From assembly GCA_022426155.1 (NCBI GenBank), contig JAKMEE010000014.1:6207-70206 (forward strand): a stretch of 64,000 nucleotides of DNA. Reading direction: 5' to 3'. Both the position numbers and the translations under genes were made by a program. The notes below the pieces were generated by a model, which worked only from the letters and a program-made list of their open reading frames with translations, was not told the DNA's origin and ran no database searches. Position 1 is the stretch's first letter. Every line of letters begins with the position of its first letter. Positions 35,724 through 44,761 of this stretch are shown in pieces. Source of the stretch: Poseidonia sp. (GTDB lineage: Archaea; Thermoplasmatota; Poseidoniia; Poseidoniales; Poseidoniaceae).

Positions 35724-36905
35724 TCAAGCATAGAAGAAAGCCATGGCAAGGATAGCATAACAAGCCAACGCCATCACACCCTCCAACCAATTCGTCCTAC
35801 CGTCGGCCAGAATGGAGCTCACGATGAGCACTGAACCAAAGGCAGCTGCGGTTTCAAGTATCCCGAATTCCAGAGAAAGGGGAACTCCCAAAGCCCACCC
35901 AAGCAACACCATCACTGGAGCCACAAATAAGGCGATTTGTACGCTGCTTCCAATAGCGATAGCGATGGACAAATCCATCTTATCTTTGCCTGCAACAATC
36001 ACGGCTGTAAAGTGTTCAGCAGCATTTCCAAAGAACGGCACCAAGATGACTCCAATGAACAACTCAGGGAGATGCCAGGCTTCAACCGTTGATTCGAGGC
36101 TATGCACCAGGACATGCGCCATCCAACCTACTAGAGCAGTTGCGGATAGAAGAAGAATCCAAGCATCCCTAATTTTGAGTTCGGGATGTTCATGCCCTCC
36201 ATGCCCCCCTTCTGATGCGAACTCATCGACGTGAGTTTTGAGTTGGAATAACAACGAGCATCCATAGATGAACAGCAGAATGAACGCTGTCGCATAGGAG
36301 AGGTTCAGAACAGCATCACTGGTTCCACCCCCGTGATGGAAGGCACTTGGGACGATCAAGGCAACCATGGCCAACACCAACAATACCCCGTTCATTTGAC
36401 CAGTCTGATTTGCGAAGGTTTGCTCACTGTGTTTGATTCCGCCGTAAAGCATGGCCAATCCAAGTACCAAGAGTAAATTCCCCAAAATGGAGCCAATCAA
36501 AGACGCCTGAGTAACGGTGACCATTGTGTCTACCAAGGCTGGATTTTGGGAAGCTGCGTAAAGTGCCATGCCAGCGATGATCATCTCCACCGCATTCCCG
36601 AAGGTGGCGTTAAGCAATCCTCCAACCGCTTCACCGGTGCGCAGTGCAATCTCTTCCGTGGCTTTGCCCATCAAGAAAGCCAATGGAGCAATGGCAAGCA
36701 TGGAGAACATGAAAGCCATTTGCAAAGAGTGTGTTACATAGTCAAAATAGAGTGTCAACGGGATGGCCAATAATAACCAATTCAATCGATTCTTCATCGG
36801 ATTGAAGACATCCAAAAGGCGGATGAAGTGTTCTTCAGAATCCTGTTCAACGGTTCCAGTCCTTGAATTGGGCGAGGCATCTGCGGAGGTATGTTCTGCG
36901 ACCAT
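35724..36905 (-). CDS. Ca2+/H+ antiporter (CaCA/CAX family)
   Basis: Paired alpha-repeat signatures LLNATFGNAVEMIIA and FFGNAAEHFTAV. About 11 TM helices. Confidence 0.85.
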   Translation of the reverse strand: MVAEHTSADASPNSRTGTVEQDSEEHFIRLLDVFNPMKNRLNWLLLAIPLTLYFDYVTHSLQMAFMFSMLAIAPLAFLMGKATEEIALRTGEAVGGLLNATFGNAVEMIIAGMALYAASQNPALVDTMVTVTQASLIGSILGNLLLVLGLAMLYGGIKHSEQTFANQTGQMNGVLLVLAMVALIVPSAFHHGGGTSDAVLNLSYATAFILLFIYGCSLLFQLKTHVDEFASEGGHGGHEHPELKIRDAWILLLSATALVGWMAHVLVHSLESTVEAWHLPELFIGVILVPFFGNAAEHFTAVIVAGKDKMDLSIAIAIGSSVQIALFVAPVMVLLGWALGVPLSLEFGILETAAAFGSVLIVSSILADGRTNWLEGVMALACYAILAMAFFYA

Positions 36906-36955
36906 GCTTAATGCGAAAGCGATTCAATCCTTGAGGTCACCGCTTCAAAACGAGG

Positions 36956-39900
36956 TCATTCATCGGATTTGGTTCGCTTGACAGCTCGCCGTTTCACAGG
37001 TGCCTTTCGTGGGGCAGCGCGACGGCCGACCGCTCGACGGGCTGGTTTCTTTCGAGGAGTGTCGTCCTCATCATCGTCATCATCGTCGTCATCATCATCA
37101 TCGTCGCCGTCGTCGTCGTCGTCGTCATCATCGTCATCGTCGTCGTCATCGGTCTTTTTCTTACGGCGACGTTCCTTTCGTTGAACGATATTGATTGCAA
37201 AGGGATCATCGTCGTCATCGTCATCATTAGGCATGGCAGCAGTGGAATCGCCATCATCCTTCTTTTCTTCTTCGACCTTGTTTCCAGTGACGGCGTCCAT
37301 ATCCAAATCTTGCGAAGTACCGATAAATTCTGACATCCAGTCGTCATCTTCCTCATCATCGCCCTTTGATTTCTTCTTCTTCGGGCCGCTCATGCTGGTT
37401 TTAATCACCAACAATGAGACCAGAATTGCAAAGAGATTGATTCCTGCAATAGACCACACAATCACATAAGGCGGGTCGGAAAACGATGGTTCAATCACTT
37501 TGGGTTCAAGAGGGGGTAGAAGTGATTCTTCATACTGGCAGGAAGTTGTTCCATCCAAACGGTTACGACAAAAATCAACGGTGAATTCAACTCGCTTTTG
37601 AACCTCATTGCCTGCAGTATCGGTGGCACTAATGTAGAGGGCATGTTCGCCAGGTTCAAAATTGCCCGCCGTCACTTCCATATCAGCCGAGAGGGACTTG
37701 TTATCTCCATAGAGGTCGGTGATTCCTGTCAAGGATGCCCAGGGCGTAGAGACTGAGCTTCCTGTTTTTCCACCGTAATGATAGGTGAAGCGGTATTGGA
37801 AGGAGGTGATTTGGACGTCGTCTTCAGCACCGGCCAAGATGTTGATTCGGTTGCCATAGAGATACTTGGAACCGTCATCGCCAGTGGAGGGTGAAAAGAT
37901 GTTTATCGTTGGCAACCGAGCATCGATGGATTTGTGCGTCCATTCCTGTACGACCGTGTTATCTGATTCGTCCGTCATGGTGACTTTGATGCTCATGACT
38001 CCAGAGGGAGTGGATGAAAGAACAGAGAAGTCGTAGGAGTACAGTGGCCCAATGTCAGGGTTATTTCTGTTATCGTTAAGGAGGGCGAGTGGTTCATCAT
38101 CGGTTGTGATCAACGTGCCTGTATCGGTGGTGATGTTGATGGTTGGCGTGTTGCCAAGGTCTTCGTTCACTTGGAGGCGGAGTGTATATTGTCCTGCAAC
38201 CAATGAAGGGCTATCAAAGACAACACCATCGCCATCAAGGACGATAAGGGTTCCATTGGGCAACAATGTGTCTTCTTGGACTTTGTAGGCGTTTCCACCA
38301 AATCCAGCAAAGATCTCACCGTTGGTGTTGTTATATGAATCGGTGACTGTAATAGAATACCAGACTTCGCGGTCAACGTTGGTTGGAATTTGGAATTCAC
38401 GGACCAGTGTGTTACTGCCGAAAGTTGTCTCGGTGATGTCGTCAACAACGAGTTCCCAGCCGCCTTCTGTGATGTCAGAAATGTCGTTCTCATCGGCCCC
38501 GAATGGTGCTCCATAATGGCGCCAAATGGTGTAGGTTTCTCCAATTTCGTCTTCATCATCAAGCCATTCCAAACTCACGACGTTCAATGCGCCAATCGTA
38601 CTGGCTGTTTTGATACGAGGAGGAGAGGGGGCTCGAGTGTCTTCCAAGGTGACTTGAGCGTAATTCTGCACCAAATCGGTGTAATGATAGGTGCCATTCA
38701 CGTTCCCATAGAGAGCTTCAGAGGTTACGAAGTAGAATGAATTGGTTCGAATCTCATCATCGGGAACGCTAACATCGAATGTTCCAACACCATCAGGCAC
38801 CGTTCCAAGCCATTCAACCGAGAGATTCTCTTGGAATTGGGAGCCTCCAACGCGGAATGTGGAGTGCCAAATGTGGTAAATCTCTCCTTCAACGCCCATT
38901 TGGTCGTTCCAAGTGACGCGTGTGGTTCGGTCACCCAAGTAGGTGGCTTGAACATTGGTCGGCTCCGCAATCCAATTGTAAAACGCATCTTCTTCCACAG
39001 CACCTGTGCAACTGTTGAGGGTGGTGTTCGTGTCCATCACACCCGTTGCGTCAACGGTGACAACGCAGTAATGGGAGAAACCAAGGAAGCCTTGAGTAAC
39101 GGGAACCTGAACGCTTTCCATGCCTTCGGGGATGTCTTTGATGAGCAATTGGACATCGGCTCGCATGGTGGTATTGAAGGCCTGATCAGAGCGATAGATA
39201 CGATAGGTTTCTGATTCTTCTCCAAGAACATCGCCCCATCCAATTTCTGTGTAGCCGCTACCTGTTGCTGGGTCTGGAACGAATTCCGTTGACATAATAA
39301 TGGGTTGGCTCGGAGGCATGTTATCCTCCGTCACCGGTGTTTCAAGAGTGTTCTGTCCGAGGAATCTGACATCTTCGTAATCTTGGCCAGGGCCGAGATA
39401 ATTTGGAAGGAAATAGGTGATTGAATAATAACTCTCACGCTGGGTGCCTGGTGGGACTTGTACAGTGTATTGTGTATCGGTCGCATTGAGTTCAATCAAC
39501 GGGGTTTGTTCGGTCAACAATGAAGGGCCAAGCAGTCGGCTCAATTGGAATTCTGTTCTCCAAATGTGAATCTTCAAAGCATCCGGACCTGTTTCTGGCA
39601 ACATCGGTGAAAAGGTGTTGTAATTCACCCAGCTAAGGGTGGTTTGGCTGGATGCTGAATCAAAGTCTGCTGAAAGGATGTAAGCGGTGTAAACGGGAGT
39701 TGTGATTTCCAGCACTGGGAATTCGATGTGAGCCCCTCCGATGTGGAACTCACCGATTTCGGTGCCATTTTGATGCGTGGTGGTAATGGCATAATAGAAG
39801 GAACCGTTGGTACCTGGTGAGACGAGGAAGGAAGTACTGTGTTGACCAGCAGGAAAGCTAGCAGTGCAATTGAACGGATTGAATCCTGCTGCCCCTGCAT

Positions 39901-40219
39901 CGCAAGCCGACATCGTGGCAAACGGTGTGATTTCAGAAATGGTGGTTTCGTTGATCGGTGCCGAATGGCGGTAGATGTTGTAGGTTGCACTAAACAATCC
40001 CTGGAGTTCAAGGCCGGACGAGTTGATGTTCTGCCACGTGATGAGAGTGGTCTCGGTTTCAGGGTCAAAAACCGCTTCAATATTTTGAGCTTGTAAATGC
40101 TCAGGAGCACCCATGTCTGAAGCCTGTACAGGCGTCAGTGGAAGCAGCGCAAGCAACATGCAGGAAGCAAGGAACATGGCGCGTGAGATACCGTTTCGTT
40201 CAGCCGTTGGACTACCCAT
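36956..40219 (-). CDS. Giant type-I surface protein: signal peptide, about 5 FN3-like plus Ig-like modules, TM helix, 146-aa hyper-charged cytoplasmic tail
   Basis: Signal peptide AMFLASCMLLALLPLTPVQA. A recurring Y-x-I-[YW]-[RH] strand motif: TYNIYRH, KIHIWRT, TYRIYRS, IYHIWHS, TYTIWRH. TM helix YVIVWSIAGINLFAILVSLLVI. The tail has poly-Asp and K/R blocks. Confidence 0.75.
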   Translation of the reverse strand: MGSPTAERNGISRAMFLASCMLLALLPLTPVQASDMGAPEHLQAQNIEAVFDPETETTLITWQNINSSGLELQGLFSATYNIYRHSAPINETTISEITPFATMSACDAGAAGFNPFNCTASFPAGQHSTSFLVSPGTNGSFYYAITTTHQNGTEIGEFHIGGAHIEFPVLEITTPVYTAYILSADFDSASSQTTLSWVNYNTFSPMLPETGPDALKIHIWRTEFQLSRLLGPSLLTEQTPLIELNATDTQYTVQVPPGTQRESYYSITYFLPNYLGPGQDYEDVRFLGQNTLETPVTEDNMPPSQPIIMSTEFVPDPATGSGYTEIGWGDVLGEESETYRIYRSDQAFNTTMRADVQLLIKDIPEGMESVQVPVTQGFLGFSHYCVVTVDATGVMDTNTTLNSCTGAVEEDAFYNWIAEPTNVQATYLGDRTTRVTWNDQMGVEGEIYHIWHSTFRVGGSQFQENLSVEWLGTVPDGVGTFDVSVPDDEIRTNSFYFVTSEALYGNVNGTYHYTDLVQNYAQVTLEDTRAPSPPRIKTASTIGALNVVSLEWLDDEDEIGETYTIWRHYGAPFGADENDISDITEGGWELVVDDITETTFGSNTLVREFQIPTNVDREVWYSITVTDSYNNTNGEIFAGFGGNAYKVQEDTLLPNGTLIVLDGDGVVFDSPSLVAGQYTLRLQVNEDLGNTPTINITTDTGTLITTDDEPLALLNDNRNNPDIGPLYSYDFSVLSSTPSGVMSIKVTMTDESDNTVVQEWTHKSIDARLPTINIFSPSTGDDGSKYLYGNRINILAGAEDDVQITSFQYRFTYHYGGKTGSSVSTPWASLTGITDLYGDNKSLSADMEVTAGNFEPGEHALYISATDTAGNEVQKRVEFTVDFCRNRLDGTTSCQYEESLLPPLEPKVIEPSFSDPPYVIVWSIAGINLFAILVSLLVIKTSMSGPKKKKSKGDDEEDDDWMSEFIGTSQDLDMDAVTGNKVEEEKKDDGDSTAAMPNDDDDDDDPFAINIVQRKERRRKKKTDDDDDDDDDDDDDDGDDDDDDDDDDDDEDDTPRKKPARRAVGRRAAPRKAPVKRRAVKRTKSDE
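37061..37150 (-). repeat. (GAY)n trinucleotide tract encoding 28 Asp in 30 codons
   Basis: The plus strand reads GTC/ATC repeats from 37061 to 37150 and translates as D14-G-D12-E-DD. A shorter D7 tract lies at about 37204-37227. Confidence 0.95.
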
Positions 40220-40329
40220 CAGTCCTATTGTAGCGATTAACCGTTATCACTATGTCGCTTCAAAACGGGAAAAAACGGCCATCCGTCTGGCGATGGCGCA
40301 AGTTCGAATTGGCTTCCATCTCCGAGGAT

Positions 40330-41025
40330 TTATTCTCGTTTAGGTTGCTCCAGAGGCTCTGAATTATCAAGAGCCTGAATATCTCCCTTTGCCTGCTGGA
40401 ATCGTACCAAGAACGTCCAAATCCCCCCAAGTGCCGAAATGAAGACAACCAGACTGATTGGATTTAGGGCAATATGGTCGAACATGGCAGGATACATCAG
40501 GTCTGATTCCCAGCCGATGAAGAGCATTATGGCCATGGAGATGTAGCCAAGAAGAGTGATCACCGTGCGGTCAGCTCGCGAGAAGCCACGATAATTTCGT
40601 GAACCTGCGACAGCTTGGGCCTGTGTGCCCATGTAAGAGCCGAGAAGGGTGAGGAAGGCAGCGGCAAAACCAAGCGCGATATCGGCCACAAATACGGAGG
40701 CGCTGAGACAAACCACCCACGTCGCATCGAGCACTCGGTCGATGGTATGATCCAGGTAATCGCCCCATCGAGTGACCTCTCCTCTTGCTCGAGCTAACGA
40801 ACCATCCAAGCCATCAAAGATCATTGCTAATCCGATCATGAAAGCGCCACCTAGAAGCCACCATCCTCCGGTTGCAGTGTTGGGCGCATACATCGCCAAC
40901 AAGCCACCAGCGACGCCAAGAGGCAAAGCCATCCAGGTCACGGTGGCTGGTGAAATGCCATCAAAGGCCTTCAACACAGGTTGGAGGGCTGCTTCCCAGC
41001 GACGACGAAGTTTCTCAAGAGCCAT
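40330..41025 (-). CDS. CDP-alcohol phosphatidyltransferase family enzyme (archaeal polar-lipid head-group synthase)
   Basis: Signature D-G-x2-A-R-x8-G-x3-D-x3-D: DGLDGSLARARGEVTRWGDYLDHTIDRVLD. 6 TM helices. Confidence 0.85.
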   Translation of the reverse strand: MALEKLRRRWEAALQPVLKAFDGISPATVTWMALPLGVAGGLLAMYAPNTATGGWWLLGGAFMIGLAMIFDGLDGSLARARGEVTRWGDYLDHTIDRVLDATWVVCLSASVFVADIALGFAAAFLTLLGSYMGTQAQAVAGSRNYRGFSRADRTVITLLGYISMAIMLFIGWESDLMYPAMFDHIALNPISLVVFISALGGIWTFLVRFQQAKGDIQALDNSEPLEQPKRE

Positions 41026-41078
41026 GCGCCATCCACTCTGTGCTCAATGTTATGGTTTGTGGACATCGCTTGCCCGAA

Positions 41079-41639
41079 TCACTCGGATTGAGACAGCCAA
41101 TCAATCGCCGAGTCAGCCATTGTTGAAAGTGGGAGAGCTTGGCATCCTTTTTCCACCCATTCCAGAACCAGCGAAGCCAGTTCTTCAACAGAGTGTTCGC
41201 TTGAATTCAGTTCAAGGACGGGCAAATCCACTTCGAACTCTAACAACTCAGCCCATGTTCCTGCCATCAATTCCCATTCGGTATTGGCTCGGATTTTGGC
41301 CTCATCGTAACCGCGTGCATTCAAACGTTGGCTCAATTCCTTTGGTTCACAACGCACAACGATGATCGCTTCAATATCGAGCAAATGGGCAAGATGCCCG
41401 TCAACCATTACGAGACCAGATGAAGGTGGCTCCCAAACTTCTGCTAGACGATGGATATCAACAGGAGCCGCTCCATCATGCTCATCGACGCTACCAAGGC
41501 ATTCGTATCTCTGTGCAAGTTCTTGCAACCGTTCACATTGAATCTTAGCGGATTCAAGAGCGTCGCAGAGTGAGGTTTTTCCCGAGCCTGGTGTGCCGCT
41601 TATCGCAATGATTCTTGGCGTTCCCATCGTCCATGCCAT
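41079..41639 (-). CDS. Fap7/AK6-like nucleoside-triphosphatase / adenylate kinase
   Basis: P-loop IAISGTPGSGKTS, VDGHLAHLL, VVRCEPKELSQRLNARGYDEAKIRANTEWE. Confidence 0.7.
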   Translation of the reverse strand: MAWTMGTPRIIAISGTPGSGKTSLCDALESAKIQCERLQELAQRYECLGSVDEHDGAAPVDIHRLAEVWEPPSSGLVMVDGHLAHLLDIEAIIVVRCEPKELSQRLNARGYDEAKIRANTEWELMAGTWAELLEFEVDLPVLELNSSEHSVEELASLVLEWVEKGCQALPLSTMADSAIDWLSQSE

Positions 41640-41672
41640 CGGATTCTTCTATGTAAAGAAGTCATAACATCG

Positions 41673-42488
41673 GTGACGCAGAACCAAGGTTCCAACAAAA
41701 GGCATCATAGCCCAGAACCCCCAGCACCATCCGTTGCTATGTTTGGAATGCAAGACCCGTCCCAAACCCTCACTCAAATTGAGCGCTACATGCAAGAGGG
41801 GCGATTGGAAATCTCTGAAGTCATGGCCACCCAATTTTGTGACATGATGTTGGGCAAGAGAAAACGAGATGCACAACAGCAAATCTTCCTCCTCAAAGGA
41901 CTTCGCCTGATGTGTGATGTTTACCTTATTCGCAATAAAGCCGATCAAAGTTTGAGCACCATCAAACGAATGCACAGCGAACGGAAATCTTTGACAAAAC
42001 TGCTCCAGAAACATGCCCCAGATATGCTCATTTCGATGAGTCCTGCCCACGAAGATTACCTCAGAGCTGGGCGATTATATGCGGCAGCGGGCAAAAAAGG
42101 GGCTGCAAAGAAAGCCTTTGCAACATGCGAATCCCAACGCCCTGGACATCTCTCCGCTGCTTTGGCCGTTGCCCAATATATGCCCACAAAAGCGCATATT
42201 GCTCGTTTACTCAACGCTCTCTCAATGGCAGGAAGTTTAGTTTTGAGTAACGGAGTGTATCGCCTACAACCCGAGGGTTCACCTGTGGTTTTACTCGATG
42301 AAATGATGTCAGGTTTGGAACAGATCGCCTCGGCATCGCCGACTCATGCCACCGATTGTCAAGAGGCTATACAGGGATTGGCTACTCAACGAACAGCCAT
42401 CGAACAAGGTGAGCAAGCAGCAAACGCTGCACTCCAATCAGCCTTGGACAACCTCAAGCCAAAACATGACTATTACCAGTATGGATGA
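41673..42488 (+). CDS. Hypothetical alpha-helical protein
   Basis: A 271-aa ORF with helix-rich composition and no recognised motif. The start may be Met24. Confidence 0.45.
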   Translation: MTQNQGSNKRHHSPEPPAPSVAMFGMQDPSQTLTQIERYMQEGRLEISEVMATQFCDMMLGKRKRDAQQQIFLLKGLRLMCDVYLIRNKADQSLSTIKRMHSERKSLTKLLQKHAPDMLISMSPAHEDYLRAGRLYAAAGKKGAAKKAFATCESQRPGHLSAALAVAQYMPTKAHIARLLNALSMAGSLVLSNGVYRLQPEGSPVVLLDEMMSGLEQIASASPTHATDCQEAIQGLATQRTAIEQGEQAANAALQSALDNLKPKHDYYQYG

Positions 42489-42566
42489 TGGTAGCGAGGG
42501 ATGGATTTGAACCATCGATCTCCGGGTTATGAGCCCGACGGGATATCCAGACTACCCCACCTCGCT
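42489..42566 (-). tRNA. Initiator tRNA-Met (anticodon CAU), CCA encoded
   Basis: Reverse complement: AGCGAGG...TCGGG-CTCATAA-CCCGG...GATGG-TTCAAAT-CCATC-CCTCGCT-A-CCA. The A1:U72 pair and three G:C pairs closing the anticodon stem are archaeal initiator hallmarks. Confidence 0.85.
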
Positions 42567-42665
42567 AACCGACGGGCCACAGTTCACCGCTTTCAATCCA
42601 CCGATAGTACAAAATTTAGGAATCCACTGGAAATCCATTGATTTGATGAAGAAGAAGTTCCTACG

Positions 42666-43481
42666 GTGACCATGACTGGGGCGCTATCAAAGGCATGGTT
42701 GCTGATGTGCCTTGCTCTCTTAGCACCCCTTAGTGGCTGTCTAGGCCCCGCTGAAGAGGGGCCGGGGAGCAACCCAATCACGATGAGTGTGCATTATGAT
42801 GTCACGGCTGGAACGATAGAGGAAGTCATACGAAACGGACAACTCATTTCTCAAAGCGGGGTTGATCTCTCCTTTGATTTTTCACGTGTAGCTTCAAATT
42901 CTGCCGCTATGAAAACGTTCACCATGGACCCTGGGGACGATGAGGAAGGGGCCAATGCCATCACCGTGAATTCCAATGAAAACACGAAAATCTCCTACAC
43001 CTATCTGACGCATGGATTATTCGTAGCCAACCTTAGCGCACTGGATGAAAACGGAAACACTGCATCAATGACGGTCACCGTTCGAATTGACAAAACCATC
43101 GCTTGGACGGAAACCAACACCGGCGTGCCAGAACCAATGCCAATCCTTGTGACGCCTGATTGCCAATGCAATCTCCCAGAACGCATTGGGATTGATTCCA
43201 TTATCACCAACCTCAACACCCCAATTACTGGCAATCAAGTCACCGTCACCTGGCACCTCAACAACCCTGATGGAACAGAAGAGGCATCTCACACAGAACA
43301 GGCGGCGGATGGACAAGATGCCTCATGGGACCATGAAGAGTTTCATCTCATGGATGGAACATGGTCTCTGGAGGTAACCATTGACGTTGGCAACGATAAC
43401 ATTGATGTCGACCACACCGTGATGGTTCAGTATGAAACTCTTGAATCAGAACCTAATCCCTTCATCACAGAAGAGGCGTGA
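42666..43481 (+). CDS. Secreted lipoprotein with a PKD/Ig-like domain
   Basis: Signal peptide with lipobox LLAPLSGC. PKD-like strand pattern YTYLTHGLFVANLSALDENGNTASMTVTVRI. Confidence 0.6.
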   Translation: MTMTGALSKAWLLMCLALLAPLSGCLGPAEEGPGSNPITMSVHYDVTAGTIEEVIRNGQLISQSGVDLSFDFSRVASNSAAMKTFTMDPGDDEEGANAITVNSNENTKISYTYLTHGLFVANLSALDENGNTASMTVTVRIDKTIAWTETNTGVPEPMPILVTPDCQCNLPERIGIDSIITNLNTPITGNQVTVTWHLNNPDGTEEASHTEQAADGQDASWDHEEFHLMDGTWSLEVTIDVGNDNIDVDHTVMVQYETLESEPNPFITEEA

Positions 43482-43490
43482 ATTCATCAC

Positions 43491-43514
43491 TTTCAGTTTC
43501 CCGAAATTGAAACA
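43491..43514. promoter_or_regulatory. Imperfect palindrome CTTTCAGTTTC-cc-GAAATTGAAAC upstream of radA
   Basis: The 11-nt arms match at 9 of 11 complementary positions and are separated by 2 nt. The site is about 135 nt upstream of the radA ATG and 10 nt after the preceding stop. Confidence 0.3.
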
Positions 43515-43648
43515 AAAAGTGAAAAAAGCGGGTCATTGCGTCGCATATAGCTTGGGAAATCCACCACATAACAGAGAGAAAATAATCGCGCCCTCCTTCG
43601 TTGCTTGATATAGGGAAGGTGGATAGGAAGGGTTGGAAGTGAACCAAG

Positions 43649-44683
43649 ATGGCCACAAAAGGGAAGAAAAAAGTGAAGATTGAAATTGAAAAGAATGAAA
43701 GTCCTGAGGCAGAAGAGATGCCAATCATGCCAGAGGAGGAGGAGGAGAAAATCACAATCGAAGATCTGCCCGGCGTAGGTCCAGCAACCGCTGAAAAATT
43801 ACGAGAAGCGGGCTTTGATGAACTCCTTGGCTTGGCCGTTATGTCCCCCGGAGATCTTGCCGATGAAGCAGAATTGGGCGAGGCTGTGGCAGGTAAAATC
43901 ATTGCAGCAGCAAAGAAAATGGCCAATATTGGTGGCTTCGTTTCTGGCGATGCGCTCCTTGAACGTCGGCGCGAAGTTCAGAAACTTTGTTCCAAAGTTC
44001 AGTCGATTGACGATCTTCTCGGCGGTGGGTTTGAAACCCAAGCACTCGTGGAAGTTTACGGCGAATTCGGCAGTGGTAAAACACAAATCGGCCATCAATT
44101 GGCTGTCAACTGCACGCTCCCTGTCGAACAAGGCGGATTGGACGGAGATGTATTTTACATCGATACCGAAGACACCTTCCGGCCAGAACGCATCACACAA
44201 ATGGCACGAGGTCACGGCCTCGATCCAGAGTATGTTTTGTCTCGCATTCATGTTGCTAGGGCGTATAACTCAGCTCACCAAATGCTCCTTGCAGATGAAA
44301 TTAAGCGCATGAGCAAGGGATTGAACGTCAAGATGATCATTGTTGATTCTCTGACTAGCCATTTCCGTGCTGAATTCATCGGTCGTGGAATGCTTGCTCG
44401 GCGCCAACAAAAACTCAACAGCCACCTCAAGGATCTCAAGCAGTTGGCGGACATCAACAATGCCTTGGTCCTGGTGACCAACCAAGTCCACTCCAAACCT
44501 GACGCTATGTGGGGAGACCCAACCAAGCCCATTGGAGGCCACATCTTGGCCCACGCAAGTACATTTCGACTCTACCTGAGAAAGGCCAAGGGCGGCCGTA
44601 GAATCGCCCGCTTGGTCGACTCTCCAAACTTGCCAGACGGTGAGTGCGTGTATCAAGTCACTGAAGACGGATTGCGCGATTGA
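43649..44683 (+). CDS. radA: DNA repair and recombination protein RadA
   Basis: HhH domain [17 protein letters not shown], Walker [10 protein letters not shown], Walker B MIIVDS. Preceded by a K/E-rich N-terminal extension of about 35 aa. Confidence 0.95.
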   Translation: MATKGKKKVKIEIEKNESPEAEEMPIMPEEEEEKITIEDLPGVGPATAEKLREAGFDELLGLAVMSPGDLADEAELGEAVAGKIIAAAKKMANIGGFVSGDALLERRREVQKLCSKVQSIDDLLGGGFETQALVEVYGEFGSGKTQIGHQLAVNCTLPVEQGGLDGDVFYIDTEDTFRPERITQMARGHGLDPEYVLSRIHVARAYNSAHQMLLADEIKRMSKGLNVKMIIVDSLTSHFRAEFIGRGMLARRQQKLNSHLKDLKQLADINNALVLVTNQVHSKPDAMWGDPTKPIGGHILAHASTFRLYLRKAKGGRRIARLVDSPNLPDGECVYQVTEDGLRD

Positions 44684-44761
44684 CGGTGAAGCTTAACGCA
44701 GTCTCAAACTGCCTCGCGAGGCCATAGGAACAGCGGCACATTCAAATTCTCTTCAACGAGA

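Noticed and set aside
36969-37194. Poly-Ser (71 aa) and poly-His/Arg (64 aa) plus-strand ORFs.
   Set aside because: They are alternative-frame or antisense readings of the (GAY)n poly-Asp tract inside the giant surface-protein gene.
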